36,577 nucleotides of DNA from Candidatus Sericytochromatia bacterium (GTDB lineage: Bacteria; Cyanobacteriota; Sericytochromatia; JACMPN01). Positions 18,608 to 26,911 of the stretch are shown here, piece after piece (within the stretch, counting starts at the first letter, position 1; each line of letters starts with the position of its first letter). The stretch spans positions 1 to 36,577 of the forward strand of contig JACMPN010000336.1 in assembly GCA_014377495.1 (NCBI GenBank), given 5' to 3'. The notes beneath the pieces are model-generated. The model did no database searches, was not told where the DNA came from, and was given only the letters and a program-made list of their open reading frames with translations. A program made the translations under genes and the position numbers.

Positions 18608-18739
18608 CGGCGCTATTCAGGCCCACCTGCTTTGACGGCCCGATCCTCACGTCCCGACGGACGCGACGGACCGGGCCTTTGTCATTGATTCGCCTCCACG
18701 TTGTTTCGGACCGCGCATCTGGACCTGCCTAGCACCGCT
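18606..18739. repeat. Stop-codon-anchored rod palindrome, copy 1
   Basis: Outer stem AGCGGCGCTA/TAGCACCGCT; core GGCCCACCTGCTTTG (from 18620) and CGCATCTGGACC (18714-18725); 37-nt inner hairpin 32/37 identical to copy 2. Confidence 0.85.
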
Positions 18740-18999
18740 TGGACGCCGCCGGTCTCGACGGACCGACGGCGTACTCGGCTGACACACCGTCAACACTTGG
18801 ACAACACAGGTTGAATTTGCGTTAGAACCCTTGATGCGACGGCCTTGCGGTACCCGTGTCGCAAGGCAACCGCCACTGACACGGTTTACACTAAAGAGAT
18901 CACGTCGTCCCAGGCGTGTTCCCGCCCGTCAGCCGTCAGCGTCACCGCATGGCATGCCGCTGGCACCGCCCCCCGCATTCGCAGCCCTATGGAGCCACG

Positions 19000-19365
19000 A
19001 TGTCCACCCAATCAACCCCGCCGAGCGAGATCACCAATCCCGTCACAGCCCTCATCCTGTCCGCCGTCACCTGCAACCTGTACGAACTGTTCGTCTGGTG
19101 GCCCAACCGGCTGAAAACGATCAACGCGCTGTTGGGGCGTGACGAATTCAAGTACGGCACCATCCTGATGCTGTCGATCCTCACCTGCGGCCTGATGTAC
19201 ATCTACTACGACTACAAGACCGCAGAAGCGATCCTTGAGATCCGCCGCAAGAAGGGCTTGGCGGGTTCCGAGTCCCTGCCACTGATGACCGTCATCATGG
19301 ATTGCATGGCTCTGACCTTCATCACCAGCTACATGCACCAGGAAGAGATCAACAAGCTGGTATGA
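19000..19365 (+). CDS. DUF4234-like membrane protein
   Basis: Two similar hydrophobic motifs (ALILSAVTCNLY and LMLSILTCGLMY) and C-terminal HQEEINKL; GGAG SD before ATG 19000. Confidence 0.75.
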   Translation: MSTQSTPPSEITNPVTALILSAVTCNLYELFVWWPNRLKTINALLGRDEFKYGTILMLSILTCGLMYIYYDYKTAEAILEIRRKKGLAGSESLPLMTVIMDCMALTFITSYMHQEEINKLV

Positions 19366-19769
19366 GCCCCGGCTTCGCCAGATCCCGTTGGCTGCTGCCC
19401 GGCCTCCTGGTCGTTGCCGGCAGCACCCGTCTGGCGTTTCAACTCGCCCTCCACGCCGACTGGGCGGCACTCGACCATGGCCCTATCCTTTGCCTTTTCC
19501 GGGCCCTGACAGGCATTCCCTGTCCCGGATGCGGCATGACCAGGGCCATGATTGCGTTTGCGATGGGGGATTGGCATCGGGCAGCCGACTACAACCTGCT
19601 GGCCCTGCCCCTCTTCCTGACTGTGATCGCCCACAGCCTCATCCAATGGCTGCCCGCACCCATCCAGGCCCGATGGCAGACCCTGCTCACATCCCGCCGC
19701 CTGACGGGCACAGCCCTGGCCGTCATCACGGCGACCTGGCTCTGGACGCTCGGCCATCCGACGTTCTAA
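19362..19769 (+). CDS. DUF2752 family membrane protein
   Basis: CLFRALTGIPCPGCGMTRA...YNLL signature; ATGA overlap with the upstream gene. Confidence 0.88.
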   Translation: MSPGFARSRWLLPGLLVVAGSTRLAFQLALHADWAALDHGPILCLFRALTGIPCPGCGMTRAMIAFAMGDWHRAADYNLLALPLFLTVIAHSLIQWLPAPIQARWQTLLTSRRLTGTALAVITATWLWTLGHPTF

Positions 19770-19796
19770 ACGGGATCGCAAAGCAATCCCGCACTC

Positions 19797-19899
19797 AGGG
19801 ACGTCAGAGTGGTCCAGATGCGAAGAGACCCCGGCCCGTAGCGTCCGTCTGGACGTAAGGGTCGGGGTCTCAAAGCAGGTGGGCCGCTATGGCGTCCCT
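19797..19899. repeat. Stop-codon-anchored rod palindrome, copy 2
   Basis: Outer stem AGGGACGTCA/TGGCGTCCCT; core GGTCCAGATGCG (19811-19822) and CAAAGCAGGTGGGCC (19871-19885); abuts the sigma factor stop codon. Confidence 0.85.
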
Positions 19900-20901
19900 T
19901 TAGTCGTCGTGGAGATACTCGTCAAGGCGTTTCCGCATGCCGTGATGACGGAGCTTGCGCAACGCCTTGGCTTCAATCTGGCGGATCCGCTCCCGGGTGA
20001 CACCCATCTTGGTGCCGATCTCGGCCAAGCTGCGCGGGCGGTCGTCATAGAGACCGTAGCGCATGGTCAGGATCTCCTGCTCCCGGGTGGTGAGCACGGA
20101 CAGCACTTCGGCGATGTCCTCGGAAAGCATCTTGTGGGCGACCGTCCGGGTCGGGTGACCCGAGTACTCGTCCTCGATCAGATCGACCAGGCTGCGATCG
20201 TCGTCTGGACCGACCGGCGTGGCCAGCGAGACGGTGCGCTTGACGATCCGCTTCAGCTGGCGGATCTTCGCCACAGGCAGTTCGGCGGCGACGGCCAACT
20301 CTTCGTCGGTCGGATACCGGCCGAGATCAAAGGTCAACTGGCGGCGGATCTTCTTGAGACGCTGGATCGCTTCGGTGGCATGGACCGGCAACCGGATGTT
20401 CCGGCCTTTGTCAGCAATGGCCCGGGTGATCGCCTGGCGGATCCACCACGTCGCATACGTGCTGAAGCGGTAGCCCTTGGTGTAGTCGTACTTCTCAACA
20501 GCCCGGATCAGACCGGTGTTGCCTTCTTGGATCAGGTCGAGCAGCGGCAGGCCGAGGTCGCAATAGCGCTTGGCGATCGACACGACCAGCCGCAGGTTGG
20601 CGGTGATCAAGTGGTTCTTCGCCCGCTGGTCGCTCTGGGCGACCCGCTTGGCCAGTTCGATCTCGTCTTCGGCCGTCAGCAGCGGTGTCTTACCGATCGA
20701 GTTCAGATAGACCTGGATTGAGCTGATCTCGTCTTCGCGGGCGGGACGCAGGTTCTCCTCGTCGACGCTGAGCGTCTCGGACTCCATCTCGTCTTCTTCT
20801 TCAGCTGCCGGGGCCGCCGCAGGCGCCTCGGGCGTTTCTTCGACCACTTCTTCGACTTGGGTATCCATCACAGTAAGATCAAGTTTTTCAGACATCATCA
20901 T
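19900..20901 (-). CDS. RNA polymerase sigma70 factor, RpoD/RpoS-like (group 1 or 2)
   Basis: Region 1.2 [11 protein letters not shown]; region 2 [21 protein letters not shown] and [16 protein letters not shown]; region 4.2 [16 protein letters not shown]. Confidence 0.95.
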   Translation of the reverse strand: MMMSEKLDLTVMDTQVEEVVEETPEAPAAAPAAEEEDEMESETLSVDEENLRPAREDEISSIQVYLNSIGKTPLLTAEDEIELAKRVAQSDQRAKNHLITANLRLVVSIAKRYCDLGLPLLDLIQEGNTGLIRAVEKYDYTKGYRFSTYATWWIRQAITRAIADKGRNIRLPVHATEAIQRLKKIRRQLTFDLGRYPTDEELAVAAELPVAKIRQLKRIVKRTVSLATPVGPDDDRSLVDLIEDEYSGHPTRTVAHKMLSEDIAEVLSVLTTREQEILTMRYGLYDDRPRSLAEIGTKMGVTRERIRQIEAKALRKLRHHGMRKRLDEYLHDD

Positions 20902-21107
20902 CGGTTCTTAAACCCCTCCCCATATGGCGGTTGCCTGGATCAGGTCCTTGCGCACCGAAAACTAAACTGCCGGTCTGCCGTAGCAGGGAACTTTCAGCAG
21001 TCCGTCGGTGACGGGTGGTTCCTTGTACCGGCTTTCGTGCCGGTATTTAATCCGTTCTTAACGAACTTCGGTCACCTTTAACAGAGCAACTCCGTTCGCA
21101 ACTCTCA

Positions 21108-21136
21108 ATGGTAGCGGTTACGCAGCCGGAAGTCAA
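21108..21136 (-). promoter_or_regulatory. Sigma70-type promoter of the sigma factor gene
   Basis: Minus strand TTGACT-N17-TACCAT, implying a leader of about 200 nt. Confidence 0.7.
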
Positions 21137-21363
21137 GCTGAGCACGCTGCCTTGCCGTTATATAGCCACACTGCACCATGACCCTATCGCTTAACATTCC
21201 GATAAAAAATTCCCCTCTTTTTTCCTAACCTGATTATGCCGAGATTAAGGCGGGGCGGCCAAACGATGACGATCAGGCGGCTCTGGCGCTCACCCTTGGG
21301 ACGGGCTGGCCAAACAAAGGGGGCACAATCGGCCCAAACGGGGCCTAATTTGGAGATTGTCGG

Positions 21364-21392
21364 TTGACGCTCAGTAGGGCGTTTGCTATAAA
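21364..21392 (+). promoter_or_regulatory. Sigma70-type promoter of the tRNA-tuf operon
   Basis: TTGACG-N17-TATAAA with TG extension, 12 nt before the first tRNA. Confidence 0.85.
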
Positions 21393-21404
21393 TCCACCGG
21401 GTTG

Positions 21405-21480
21405 GCCGACGTAGCTCAATTGGCAGAGCAGCAGTTTTGTAAACTGCCGGTTGCGGGTTCGAGTCCCATCGTCGGCTCCA
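21405..21480 (+). tRNA. tRNA-Thr(TGT)
   Basis: Acceptor GCCGACG/CGTCGGC; anticodon arm GCAGT-TTTGTAA-ACTGC; TTCGA loop; encoded CCA. Confidence 0.95.
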
Positions 21481-21496
21481 AGCCCAACAGACTCTT

Positions 21497-21579
21497 GGGG
21501 AGATGGCCGAGTGGTTAATGGCAGCAGACTGTAAATCTGCCCTCTCACGAGTACGAAGGTTCGAATCCTTCTCTCCCCA
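21497..21579 (+). tRNA. tRNA-Tyr(GTA)
   Basis: Acceptor GGGGAGA/TCTCCCC; anticodon arm GCAGA-CTGTAAA-TCTGC; long variable arm; CCA not encoded. Confidence 0.95.
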
Positions 21580-21592
21580 AACCGGTAAACAT

Positions 21593-21665
21593 GCCCAGAT
21601 AGCTCAGTTGGTAGAGCACGTCCTTGGTAAGGACGAGGTCACGGGTTCGAGTCCCGTTCTGGGCT
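21593..21665 (+). tRNA. tRNA-Thr(GGT)
   Basis: Acceptor GCCCAGA/TCTGGGC; anticodon arm CGTCC-TTGGTAA-GGACG; CCA not encoded. Confidence 0.95.
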
Positions 21666-21791
21666 TTTCCCTATGCTCCGGATTTCCGGAGTAACCGGAT
21701 CGGCCTGCGGCCCAGCCGCGTGGTTTCGAGACAGAGTCGGTTTTTCTCGGGATATGACTATTGCGTTGTGTTGTAAGGACGAATAGGCACC

Positions 21792-23009
21792 ATGGCGAGA
21801 CAGAAATTTGAGCGCAACAAGACCCACGTCAACGTGGGCACCATCGGCCACGTTGACCACGGCAAGACGACTTTGACCGCAGCCATCACCATGACGCTCG
21901 CCGCCATGGGTCAAGCGACGATCCGCAAATACGACGAGATCGATGCCGCTCCGGAAGAAAAAGCCCGTGGCATCACGATCAACACGGCTCACGTCGAATA
22001 CGAGACGGTCAAACGGCATTATGCCCACGTCGACTGCCCCGGACACGCTGACTACGTGAAGAACATGATCACCGGTGCCGCCCAGATGGACGGCGCCATC
22101 CTGGTTTGCTCGGCCGCTGACGGCCCCATGCCTCAGACCCGGGAGCACATCCTGCTCGCCCGTCAGGTCGGCGTGCCGAACCTGGTTGTCTTCCTGAACA
22201 AGGCCGACATGGTCGACGACGCCGAATTGTTGGAACTCGTTGAGATGGAAGTCCGCGACCTCCTCAACTCCTACAAGTTTGAAGGCGACGTCATCCCCTT
22301 CATCTCCGGCTCGGCCCTCAAGGCCTGCGAACAGATGACGGCGAACCCCAAGACCCTGCGTGGCGAGAATGAATGGACTGACAAGATCTGGGCCCTGATG
22401 GATGCTGTCGACAGCTACATCCCCGATCCCGTCCGTGACATCGACAAGCCGTTCCTGATGGCCGTCGAAGATGTCTTCTCCATCACGGGTCGTGGCACGG
22501 TGGCCACTGGCCGGATCGAGCGTGGCAAAGTCCGCATCCAGGACGAAATCGAAATCATCGGTCTGCGCGACACCATCAAGGCGATCGTCACCGGCGTCGA
22601 GATGTTCCGCAAACTGCTCGACGAGGGCATGGCCGGCGACAACGTGGGCGTCCTGCTCCGTGGCGTCGACAAGACGATGATCGAGCGTGGACAGGTTCTG
22701 GCCAAGGCCGGTTCCATCAAGCCGCACACCAAGTTCACCTCCGAGGTTTACGTGCTCAGCAAGGAAGAGGGCGGTCGTCATACCCCGTTCTTCGCCGGCT
22801 ATCGCCCGCAGTTCTATGTGCGGACCACCGATGTGACCGGCAGCATCACGTTGCCCGAAGGCGTCGAGATGGTTATGCCCGGTGACAACATCCAGATGGT
22901 CATCGAACTGATCCATCCGGTGGCCATCGAGGAAGGCATGCGTTTTGCCATCCGTGAGGGTGGACGTACTGTCGGTGCCGGCGTCGTCGCCACCATCATC
23001 AAGGAATAA
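21792..23009 (+). CDS. tuf: Elongation factor Tu
   Basis: Motifs [27 protein letters not shown] and [13 protein letters not shown]. Confidence 0.99.
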   Translation: MARQKFERNKTHVNVGTIGHVDHGKTTLTAAITMTLAAMGQATIRKYDEIDAAPEEKARGITINTAHVEYETVKRHYAHVDCPGHADYVKNMITGAAQMDGAILVCSAADGPMPQTREHILLARQVGVPNLVVFLNKADMVDDAELLELVEMEVRDLLNSYKFEGDVIPFISGSALKACEQMTANPKTLRGENEWTDKIWALMDAVDSYIPDPVRDIDKPFLMAVEDVFSITGRGTVATGRIERGKVRIQDEIEIIGLRDTIKAIVTGVEMFRKLLDEGMAGDNVGVLLRGVDKTMIERGQVLAKAGSIKPHTKFTSEVYVLSKEEGGRHTPFFAGYRPQFYVRTTDVTGSITLPEGVEMVMPGDNIQMVIELIHPVAIEEGMRFAIREGGRTVGAGVVATIIKE

Positions 23010-23021
23010 GCAACGGATCTG

Positions 23022-23047
23022 AGGGGCGGCGAAAGCCGCCCCTTTTT
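23022..23047 (+). terminator. Intrinsic terminator after tuf
   Basis: AGGGGCGGC-GAAA-GCCGCCCCT followed by TTTT. Confidence 0.85.
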
Positions 23048-23082
23048 CAGTCTGTGGCTTTTCTCAGCAAAGGCGGACTTCC

Positions 23083-23442
23083 ATGTTGATGCCCGGCTAC
23101 GGTCCTCTGGTGATCATGCTCATCTTTGCGGTGCTCGTGCCCGTCTCCGCCCTGGTGATCAGCCGCATCCTCCAACCCCGGCATGCCACCCCCGTCAAAT
23201 ACACCACCTACGAGTGCGGCGTCGAACCGGTCGGCGGCGCCTGGGTGCAATACACCGTCCGCTACTACCTCTTCGCCCTGGTCTTTCTGATCTTCGACAT
23301 CGAGACGGTGTTCCTCTATCCCTGGGCCGTGGCCTTCCGCCAACTGGGCAGCTTCGCCGTCCTCGAGATGTTCCTGTTCCTGACGATTCTCATCCTCGGA
23401 CTCATTTACGCGTGGCGCAAAGGAGATCTCGAGTGGGTATGA
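23083..23442 (+). CDS. nuoA: NADH-quinone oxidoreductase subunit A (NdhC)
   Basis: Motifs YECGVEP, FLIFDIETVFLYPWAV and YAWRKGDLEW. Confidence 0.96.
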   Translation: MLMPGYGPLVIMLIFAVLVPVSALVISRILQPRHATPVKYTTYECGVEPVGGAWVQYTVRYYLFALVFLIFDIETVFLYPWAVAFRQLGSFAVLEMFLFLTILILGLIYAWRKGDLEWV

Positions 23443-23559
23443 AGGCGGCTGTTCCAAGTTCTTTGCCGACCTGATGAGACGGTTCCGGCATTTTGACGCT
23501 CGTTCAGCAGTAGAGTGGAGTGGGATCACCGGTTTTCACACCTGCGGTTAGGGGGAACG

Positions 23560-24096
23560 ATGGCCACCAGCATGAATGCCCTGGATCGACTCAACGAGGC
23601 GGACCGCGACGAACTCGATCGCAGCCTGCTGATCACTACCATCGATGAGGCCTACAACTGGGCCAAGGCCTCCTCCATCTGGCCCCTGACCTTTGCCACC
23701 GCCTGCTGTGGCATCGAGATGATCTCCGTGACCACCCCACGGTACGACCTTGCCCGTTTCGGCTCTGAGGTCTTCCGGGCCACGCCCCGTCAGGCCGACC
23801 TGATGATCACCGCCGGGACAATCACCAAGAAGATGGCCCCGGCCATGGTCACCCTCTTCGAACAGATGCCCGAGCCCAAATACGTCATTGCCATGGGCAA
23901 CTGCGTCATCCAGGGCGGTATCTTCAAGAACTGCTATTCCGTCCTCGACGGCGTCGACCAGGTTCTGCCCGTCGATATCTACCTGCCCGGATGTCCGCCC
24001 CGCCCTGAGGCGCTGATGGATGCGCTGATCAAGCTCAAGGCCAAGATCCGTCGCGAAGAATCCATCCTCACCCGTTCCGAGAGACTCCGCCGATGA
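23560..24096 (+). CDS. nuoB: NADH-quinone oxidoreductase subunit B (NdhK)
   Basis: Motifs ACCGIEM, PRQADLM and PGCPPRPE. Start reassigned to ATG 23560. Confidence 0.96.
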   Translation: MATSMNALDRLNEADRDELDRSLLITTIDEAYNWAKASSIWPLTFATACCGIEMISVTTPRYDLARFGSEVFRATPRQADLMITAGTITKKMAPAMVTLFEQMPEPKYVIAMGNCVIQGGIFKNCYSVLDGVDQVLPVDIYLPGCPPRPEALMDALIKLKAKIRREESILTRSERLRR

Positions 24097-24605
24097 GCAC
24101 CATCGCCAAGAAAATCATGCCGGTCGCCAATACCGAGGCGCTGGTGGCCAAATTTCCGGAGACCACCGTCGTCGCCCCCGATGCCAACACCATCGTCACG
24201 GTGGAGATCCACGCTGATCGCTTGCCGGCCGTCGTCCAGTACCTGCGGGACGATGAGGGCTACGGCTACATGCCGAACATCGCCTCGGTCGACTACCTCG
24301 AAACCCAGCAACTGGGCATGATCTACCACCTCTATCGGCTTAGCGACGGCAGCCGCCTCGCCATCCGCGTCAAGGTGCCCCGGGATGCCCCCGTCGTGCC
24401 CTCCATCGCCCACCTGTTCGCTGCGGCGAACTGGAACGAACGGGAAGCCTTTGACCTGATGGGCATCGTCTTTAGCGGCCATCCCAACCTCAAACGGCTG
24501 CTCATGCCCGACGACTGGATCGGCCATCCCCTGCGCAAAGACTACGTGCAGGAACAGTACGAGCTGCCCTGCGCCTTCTTTGACAAAAAGACCACCTGGG
24601 TCTAA
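24093..24605 (+). CDS. nuoC: NADH-quinone oxidoreductase subunit C (NdhJ)
   Basis: ANWNEREAFDLMGIVFSGHPNLKRLLMPDDWIGHPLRKDY. Confidence 0.96.
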   Translation: MSTIAKKIMPVANTEALVAKFPETTVVAPDANTIVTVEIHADRLPAVVQYLRDDEGYGYMPNIASVDYLETQQLGMIYHLYRLSDGSRLAIRVKVPRDAPVVPSIAHLFAAANWNEREAFDLMGIVFSGHPNLKRLLMPDDWIGHPLRKDYVQEQYELPCAFFDKKTTWV

Positions 24606-24661
24606 GCCGGACCGACCATCGCTCCCCACCAAAGCCGGTGGATCTAGCAGGAAAAACGCCC

Positions 24662-25768
24662 ATGATCGAGTTCAAAACCGAAGAGATGACCATCAACATG
24701 GGGCCCAACCACCCCAGTACCCACGGGGTGTTGCGGCTCATCCTCAAACTGGACGGCGAAATCGTCAAGGACTGCGAGCCGGTCATCGGCTACCTGCACC
24801 GCTCCATCGAACGCTCCGGGCAGGACCTCACCTACTACCAGTTCATCCCCGTCCTCGATCGCTTCGACTACCTGAGCAATATTTTCTCCGAGTACGTCTA
24901 CGTCCTCGCTGTCGAAAAGGTCGCCGGCATCGAGTGCCCCGTCCGGGCCGACTTCATCCGGGTCCTGACCATGGAGATCAACCGGATCACGTCGCACCTG
25001 TTCTGGCTCGGCACGTTCGTCCTCGATCTCGGGGCGACCAGCATCATCATGTACACGATGCGGGAACGGGAACTGCTCTTCGATCTCCTGGAAGAGCTGA
25101 CCGGCCAGCGGATGATGTACAACTACATCCGCATCGGCGGCGTCAACCACGACCTGCCCCCGGGCTGGACCGACCGCCTGCGGGACTTTCTGAAAAACTT
25201 CCGCAACCGCATCGATGAATACGAATCCATCGTCACCGACAACCCGATCTTCCGGGCCCGGGTGGAGAACATCGGTGTCCTCAAGCTGGACCGGCTCATG
25301 TCCTATGGCGTCACCGGCCCCACCCTGCGAGCCTCTGGCATGGCCTACGACCTCCGGCGGGATGAACCCTACTCCGTCTACGACCAGCTGGACTTTGACA
25401 TCCCGACCGGCAAAAACGGGGACAGCCTCGACCGCTACCGGGTCCGCCTGCAGGAAATGCGTGAGTCGGCAAAAATCCTCGAACAGGCCCTGGCCATGAT
25501 CCCCGAGGGGCACGTCAAAGCCCGCAAGATCCCCGCCCTGTACAAGGCTCCGCCCGGTGAAGCCTACGTGCAAATCGAGGCGCCACGGGGCAACATGGGC
25601 TGTTACTATATCTCCGATGGCAGCACACGGCCGGCCCGGGTCAAGCTGCGGGGCGCCAGCTTCCACAATCTGGCCATCCTGCCTGAAGCGATCAAAGGGT
25701 CACCCATCTCCGACATCATGGCCATATTCGGCAGCATGGATGTCATCATCCCCGAAGTCGACCGTTAG
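24662..25768 (+). CDS. nuoD: NADH-quinone oxidoreductase subunit D (NdhH)
   Basis: NMGPNHPSTHGVLRL, GYLHR, EAPRG and C-terminal EVDR; no NiFe CxxC motifs. Confidence 0.96.
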   Translation: MIEFKTEEMTINMGPNHPSTHGVLRLILKLDGEIVKDCEPVIGYLHRSIERSGQDLTYYQFIPVLDRFDYLSNIFSEYVYVLAVEKVAGIECPVRADFIRVLTMEINRITSHLFWLGTFVLDLGATSIIMYTMRERELLFDLLEELTGQRMMYNYIRIGGVNHDLPPGWTDRLRDFLKNFRNRIDEYESIVTDNPIFRARVENIGVLKLDRLMSYGVTGPTLRASGMAYDLRRDEPYSVYDQLDFDIPTGKNGDSLDRYRVRLQEMRESAKILEQALAMIPEGHVKARKIPALYKAPPGEAYVQIEAPRGNMGCYYISDGSTRPARVKLRGASFHNLAILPEAIKGSPISDIMAIFGSMDVIIPEVDR

Positions 25769-25851
25769 AAAGGGTTGAGCACCGTCATGACGCCCCTCAC
25801 CACCTTTTTAAACCGGTTGCACATCGTTCACGCCACGATGCGGGTCGCCGC

Positions 25852-26898
25852 GTGCTGACCGGCGGCGAGTTCATGCAATTCCTCAGCGTCCTCGGTGGCG
25901 CCTTGGCCCTGACGGGCTTCATTTTGACGGTCGTCATCGTGCTCATCTGGCTGGAGCGCCGGCTGATCGGCCTCTTTCAGATCCGGCTCGGGCCGAACCG
26001 GGTCGGTCCCGGCGGCATCCTCCAACCTGTCGCCGATGCGATCAAAGTCCTGCTCAAGGAAGACATCATCCCCGCCCAGGCCGACAAGGTCCTCTTCAAC
26101 ATCGCCCCTGTGCTGATGTTCATCCCGGGTCTCGTCATCTGGGGGACCATCCCGTTCGCCAAAGGGTGGGTCGTCGCCGATATCCGGGTGGGCCTCTTTT
26201 TCGCCATCGCCTGCGGCGCCCTGACGAGCCTGGCCATCCTTATGGCCGGATGGGCCTCCAACAACAAGTACGCCCTCATCGGCGGCCTGCGCTCCACCGC
26301 CCAGGCGATCAGCTATGAGCTGCCGCTGATTTTGAGCACCCTCGGCGTCGTCATGTTCGCCGGAACGTTCAACCTGACGGAGATCGTCGAAAAACAACAC
26401 GTCTGGTACATTTTCCTGCAGCCGCTGGCCTTCATCATCTTCTTCATCTGCCAGCTGGCCGAAGTCAATCGCACGCCCTTTGACATCCCGGAAGCCGAAT
26501 CGGAACTCGTCGCCGGCTACAGCACCGAATACTCCGGCTTCAAATTCGCCCTGTTCTTCCTGGCCGAGTACGTGAACACCTTCACCATCGGGGCCCTCTG
26601 CGCCATCCTCTTCCTCGGCGGCTGGAAGTTCCCCTTCGCCGAGTCGCTGGGTTTGGCTCAGTACCTGAACGAAACCCAGTGGCTGGGACCGATTCCGCTG
26701 CCGCTGCCAGTCTTCTGGTTCCTCGGCAAGGTGTTCGCTGTCTTTGCCCTCATCGTCTGGATCCGGGCCACCGTGCCCCGCCTGCGGGCCGATCAGCTGA
26801 TGGCCTTCGCCTGGAAGTTCCTCGTGCCGCTGGCCCTCCTCAACGTGTTTCTCACCGGGCTGCTGGTGCCCCTCTTCGTCCGCTGGAATTGGATTTAA
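25852..26898 (+). CDS. nuoH: NADH-quinone oxidoreductase subunit H (NdhA)
   Basis: Motifs RLGPNRVGP, ADAIKVLLKE, RTPFDIPEAESELVAGY and PRLRADQLM. Start could also be ATG 25873. Confidence 0.96.
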   Translation: MLTGGEFMQFLSVLGGALALTGFILTVVIVLIWLERRLIGLFQIRLGPNRVGPGGILQPVADAIKVLLKEDIIPAQADKVLFNIAPVLMFIPGLVIWGTIPFAKGWVVADIRVGLFFAIACGALTSLAILMAGWASNNKYALIGGLRSTAQAISYELPLILSTLGVVMFAGTFNLTEIVEKQHVWYIFLQPLAFIIFFICQLAEVNRTPFDIPEAESELVAGYSTEYSGFKFALFFLAEYVNTFTIGALCAILFLGGWKFPFAESLGLAQYLNETQWLGPIPLPLPVFWFLGKVFAVFALIVWIRATVPRLRADQLMAFAWKFLVPLALLNVFLTGLLVPLFVRWNWI

Positions 26899-26911
26899 GG
26901 AAGGCCCGGCC

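Noticed and set aside
18606-19899. Integron cassette array with attC sites
   Set aside because: No RYYYAAC/GTTRRRY boxes, no integrase in the window, the copies are in opposite orientations, and the adjacent genes include housekeeping-type genes. Kept only as an analogy.
23471-23478. Hammerhead ribozyme core CTGATGAG between nuoA and nuoB
   Set aside because: No downstream GAAA and no stem II/III arrangement.
23439-23551. Chain of tiny overlapping ORFs (11 aa and 25 aa) between nuoA and nuoB
   Set aside because: Very short with no recognisable features, and nuoB has its own purine-rich SD; likely chance.
24662-25768. Group 4 NiFe hydrogenase large subunit
   Set aside because: No CxxC metal-binding motifs; the quinone-site motifs of NuoD are present.
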